Assembly (NCBI RefSeq): GCF_009914755.1
Contig: NC_060930.1
Reading direction: 5' to 3' (one strand)
Length of the DNA stretch: 64,000 bases
DNA from: the human T2T-CHM13v2.0 reference genome, Homo sapiens
The first letter of the stretch is position 1; every line of letters starts with the position of its first letter. Under the pieces are notes generated by a model that was given only the letters and a program-made list of their open reading frames with translations, was not told the DNA's origin and did not search any database. Position numbers and translations under genes: made by a program. Of the stretch, positions 59,128 to 64,000 are shown one piece after another.

Positions 59128-59842
59128 TAGCTACTAAAATTCTAGCTTCGGCTTGTGGTTTTGAGTGTGTAAAAAAATCCCCCAAGGACATATGGTGATT
59201 CAGCCCCAGGAATTATTTAATTTCAAAAGCATATAATCTAAAATAAAAGTAAAAATTTTTAAAACAAAAGAGAGAGAGAGAGCACACACACAATTCACTT
59301 GCTTCAGAAACAATAAAAAAAAAAGAAAATGAGATCTTCTGTACTTTTAATATTAAAGAACGTCATATAAGTGTCAGGCTTAATGGCTGAAATCTTTCAG
59401 GTAATTATACTGCCAGGACAGTTAAATATGATAATGTAATGTTAGACCTGAGAAGCATAGTAATGTTGGCATAGTCTATACATTGTCAGTTGTTCAAACA
59501 TTATCTTACTAGTGTAATACAGCAGTTAAAAATATCTTTTTATTTTTTTCTTAATAATGTTATATATAACTGTATTTAAAAATGCCAATATGCTGCTCTG
59601 AGTTCCTCACAGGAGCCACAAGTTTTTACTTTGAACAATCTGTTTTTTAAATTGAAGGTTAAAATTAGAGGTTTATCATTTTGCCTTTGATCTTTTACTT
59701 TTATCAGAAAGTAAGCGCCATTAATTCTGGAATGCCATTGGTTGAAGAAAATAAAATATTTCCTATACTTTTTTTAAAATGTGACATTTGGACAAAATGT
59801 GATACTTATTAGTAAGAGGCAATAAATGTATGTCGCACTACA

Positions 59843-60205
59843 TAGTTGCCCCTCAGTATCCCTTGGGGCTTGGTTTAAGGATCTCCCACTGATATAAAAA
59901 TCTATGCATGCTCAAGAGTCTGATGTAAAATGGTATAGTTTTTGTCATTGTATACATTGTACTATTTGTATATAACCCCTGCACATCCTCCCATACTCTT
60001 TAAATCATCTTTAGATTACTTATCATACCCAACACCATGTAAATGCTATGTGAATAGTTGTCATACTGCATCATTTAGGGAATAATGATAAGGAAAAAAA
60101 GTTTGTAGATGTTCATTCAGTACAGATGCATTTTTTAAAAAATATTCTCAATCCACCGTCAGTTGAATCCATGGATGCAAAACCATGGATACAGGGGTTT
60201 GACTG
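59843..60205. mobile_element. MER2 (TcMar-Tigger) DNA transposon
   Basis: cctcagtatcccttgggg...gttgaatccatggatgcaaaaccatggatac...gactg followed by TA. Confidence 0.85.
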
Positions 60206-60654
60206 TACATTAACTTTGTAACTTTTTACTCTCTGATTAAATGCTTTCATTACTGAGACTTCCTAAAATAAATTCCTGAAAATGTAAAATGGTTATTTTA
60301 AGTTTGAGAGAAGCAATGTAATTAAGAATAATTTAAAGTCTATTTCTGGGACTGGAAGTTATTGGATGTGATCCTTAATCCCTAATAAGCAACTATGTAT
60401 CTTCAAATATTGAAAATTGAAAATAATAATAAAGATCTTGAAAATGTCTAAATCAAATGCCTTGGCCAACCTGATGGCAAATATGTGTAGAAATCAATAA
60501 AGCCAATAATGAGCAAAGATGCAAAGAAGGAAACAACAGTAATATCATAAGATCTCCCTCCACTTGCAGCATCACAAGGTGGAGGGGTAATATGGAAATT
60601 GCAAATATAGCTAATGTTTATTAATCATTTACACGTACCAGGCACCAAACTAAT

Positions 60655-62140
60655 TATTCATTCATTCACTCAACAAACATTTATGAAGCACTTACTGTGT
60701 GCCAGAAAATGTCTAGACATGTGGGACACTTCAGATGAGCAAAGCAGACAAGGATTTCTGTCCTCTTGTAGTTTCTATTTTAGTAGAAGCCACATAAATA
60801 AGTAAATAATGATGTCAAAAGTACTAAGGATAATAAAAAGAGTAGAGTAAGGAATTCAGAGGGTGCCAAGTAGAGGAGACTAGTTGCAACTTGAAATCTA
60901 TGGGCCTCATTGAGAAGGTAACTTTTGAACAAAAGTGTGGGAGAGAAGAGTGCTCCAGGTAGAGACAATAGCTTGTACGTGACCTAGGGTGGAGAGTGCT
61001 ACTGTGCTCAAGATGCTACATGGAAGCCACTGTGGCCATAAACGAGTGGCCAGGGAACTGGGGGAAAAGAGAATGAAGAAGAGGTCAGAGAAGTCACTGA
61101 AGGCGAGACTATAAATATAAGTTGAAGATAGAGCCAACTGTATTTCCTGCTAATTGGATACACACGCAAGAGAAGGAGTGGAGTCCACCATATATCCCAA
61201 GATTATAGCTTGAGCAACTGAAAGGATGAAATTGCCATCAGGTAAGATAGAGAAAGAAACAAGTGGAGAAGACTGGGTAGAACATTGAATTTCAATTTTT
61301 CTTTTATCTGAAAATAAATTTGAGATTTGATGAGCTTTATTTGATGATTTTTCATGAATTTGAGATGTCTGTGGGAAGTCCAAATGGAAGGATCAAGCAG
61401 GCATCTTGATATATGAGTCTAGAGTTCAGGAGTGATCTGCTCTGGAGATACATAATTGGTAACTTTGCACATATATGTGGAACAAAATTGGGTGTGTGAA
61501 CCAGGTACTAAGGTCTGGGACACCTGAACCTTGACTGATAAAGAAGAATGGGAGTTACCAAGAACGGAGCAGAGAAAGAGTGATCAGAAAGGGAGAAAAC
61601 TAAGAGAAGGTGGCATCTTGACCTAAGAGCAGAAAGTATATGAAGGACAAGGGAAGAAAGCAATCACATCAAACACCATTCGTAAGTAAAGGAAGAGTGA
61701 ATAAGATGAAGACTGAGAATTGACCATTAAACTTGGGAAATAGAAGAGTTTCATGAAGTAGCAAGGGAAAATGGCTGATTAGAAGGTATGTAATAGGAAT
61801 AGAAGTAGAAAAAGTGAAGAAAGTGAACATGTAGACAATTAGTTCAGAGAGTTTTGCTGCAAAGTGAAATACAAGAGTAAATCAGTAGATGGCAGGGAAG
61901 TGGAGTCAAGAGAAGTTTGATGACTTATTTTAAGATGAGAGATATCTTTGTATTGTGATGGGAATAATCCCACAGAAAGTGAAAAAAATAAATGATAACA
62001 GAAGGGGGCTCAATATTTTTTAATAGTCAAGAGGTGATGGGACTTACTGTACAAATCAAGGAATTGGCTCTCATAGGAATAAAGCTTATCCTACCTATCG
62101 CAACAGGCAGGAAAGCATGGCATATGGGTACAGATGCTGC
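60655..62140 (-). mobile_element. L2 LINE, ~1.5 kb
   Basis: attcattcattcactcaacaaacatttatgaagc (antisense 3' end), tgagcaactgaaaggatg, atgaagactgagaattgaccatt. Confidence 0.8.
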
Positions 62141-62464
62141 TAGGTCTGAACAGAAGGGAGTAGAAGCATATATGTGGAATAAAAGTGGGTTGACGTTCTG
62201 TTCTTTACATATATCATTAGCAGTCAACATGCCCAGCAACTGGGGAAACCAATGAGTACCAAGGCGCTGAAGGAGGGAGCTGGGTGATGCCCTACACTGT
62301 CCACTACAGTGACTTACCAAGTAGTGAGTAACTAATCTGCTGATGGGCAATTTAATATTGCCTACAGAAATTCTGATGAATATGAAGCAAATACGCTGAT
62401 ATTAATTCTAACTTCAAAGTAAGCTGGGCTGATGATTTCAGTTGTATTTTACATTCATTTCCCA

Positions 62465-62590
62465 ATTAAATACAGTAAAATAATGTCATTATCATGGAGG
62501 ATAAGGTTATTTGAGAGTTCAGTGAAATCTTGCAAATAAAGAACTCAGCATAGTTATGGCACATAGTAAGTACTCAATGAATCTCAGGTA
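62465..62590 (+). mobile_element. MIR 3' fragment
   Basis: ctcagcatagttatggcacatagtaagtactcaat. Confidence 0.55.
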
Positions 62591-63706
62591 TAAGTTAAAT
62601 GAAACAATCATAATTCTCAGAAAGTAACAATTTATTTTTCATTATTGCTAGGTGTGGAGGGAGTGGTTTTGTTGCTAATAGTGTTTTGTTTTTATATTGG
62701 GGGAGGTCTCGACTGAAGATCAGAATTAGACTTATCTCTCAGGAAAAAGTTTTATTTATTGGTGATGTGTATAATCATTTTAAATGTAAGTCTTTCGCTC
62801 TTTAGGTTTTTTAAAATCAAAGAACTATTCTAAAGTACTTCGGCAGTATAATTAAGCCTTTGTTTCTCTCTTATTCAAATCTCTTTTAAATGCTCTGTGT
62901 TTACCAAATTTCTCTCTTTTGCTCCTTAAAATTGTTTATTATTTTGACTCATTTGGCGAAATTTAAAGAAATAATTTTTCTCCTTTTGAAAAGAAAGGTA
63001 AATTAATTTCTTATGGCAAAGATGAGTGAGAGGTTAATTTTGCCAACCAAAGAAATTTGGAGAAAACTTGAGTGAGTGATTTCTTTCATTAGCCTGTGAA
63101 CAGGTTATTTATTTCACATGTAATTATAAAACAAGTAATTCTGAATAAAACCAACCCTGAAAACAAATAGGACTCATTTGCAGTTCTAACTGAATTAGAT
63201 ACTGAAAAATGCTTGCATTCTGATATGTTTTGAAAAGTCTAATGAAATTATAAATATAATATTTCAGAGAAGGAAATGTGCAGAGACAGCATAACAAGAA
63301 GCTCAATTTCACTTTGCCATTCGAAACTTTTCTTACCTATAAGTTGGTGATGTGAAATAATTCAGGAAAATTGAGTTTCAACCCAAATATCATGAGGTTG
63401 CTAAGTATATGTAGTTTATAATGTGCACAGTAGGTCAAATCGATATTGTGATCCTTAGAGTTAAATGTTTTATTGGATAAATGCAGAAACCCAAGTTTGA
63501 CTCTAACAGAAGTTTAAAATAAGTTATAAATAAGATTTAATGTTAACAGCAGGGATTTTTTCTAACCATAAACTGAAAAATATACCCATATTAATAAGTT
63601 AGGATTATGTACAACAATATATCAAAATCAAACTGTCCTTTTTTTTCTTCCAAAAGAATAGCCAATGAACTAGTTAGAGCTAGTTAAACCAGAATAAAAT
63701 CCCTTT

Positions 63707-63733
63707 CACACACACACACACACACACACACAA
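63707..63733. repeat. (CA)n microsatellite
   Basis: About 13 CA units. Confidence 0.95.
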
Positions 63734-64000
63734 TTGAATAGTAATAAAATAAGAAAATAATGTTACTGTCACTTAGAATCATTGCCTTCTAGGTTGAAAA
63801 CAATGGTTTTCCTATGATATCTTCATAAGTTAATACAAATCAATAAAGTATATAATAATGACAAAAGAACCACTGTCCTGGTATTAGAAAGAAATATCTT
63901 TTTCTAACTCTCCATTCATACAACATATTTTAAACCCTGGAGAATGGGACATTTGGGGGTTGTGCTCTGAGTCAAGTAGAAATTCAAAGAAAATTCCAGT

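Overview
Primate, very likely human, AT-rich and CpG-depleted intronic DNA, densely filled with Alu, L1, L2, MIR, MaLR/ERV1 LTRs and Tigger/Charlie DNA transposon fossils. There is no credible protein-coding ORF: the supplied ORFs are repeat-derived or chance. The one clear gene feature is an 89-nt + strand exon at 7236-7324 with canonical splice signals. From memory I recognise it as the non-coding 5'UTR exon 2 of FUT9 (alpha-1,3-fucosyltransferase 9, chr6q16), which would make the window the end of intron 1 plus about 57 kb of intron 2. That identification is recall, not a database search. The most unusual structure is a non-TE ~350-bp inverted duplication (50961-51311 vs 52096-52444, about 96% identical by hand alignment). 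Its inserted arm carries a 13-bp target duplication, an inverted copy of the flank and slipped micro-repeats, the signature of multi-step template switching. Also notable: three uAUGs in exon 2, a tight head-to-head Alu pair just upstream of it, and a CR1/L3 reverse-transcriptase fossil. I found no evidence of a new multi-gene system. Repeat subfamily names come from recalled consensus features and most old-repeat boundaries are approximate.
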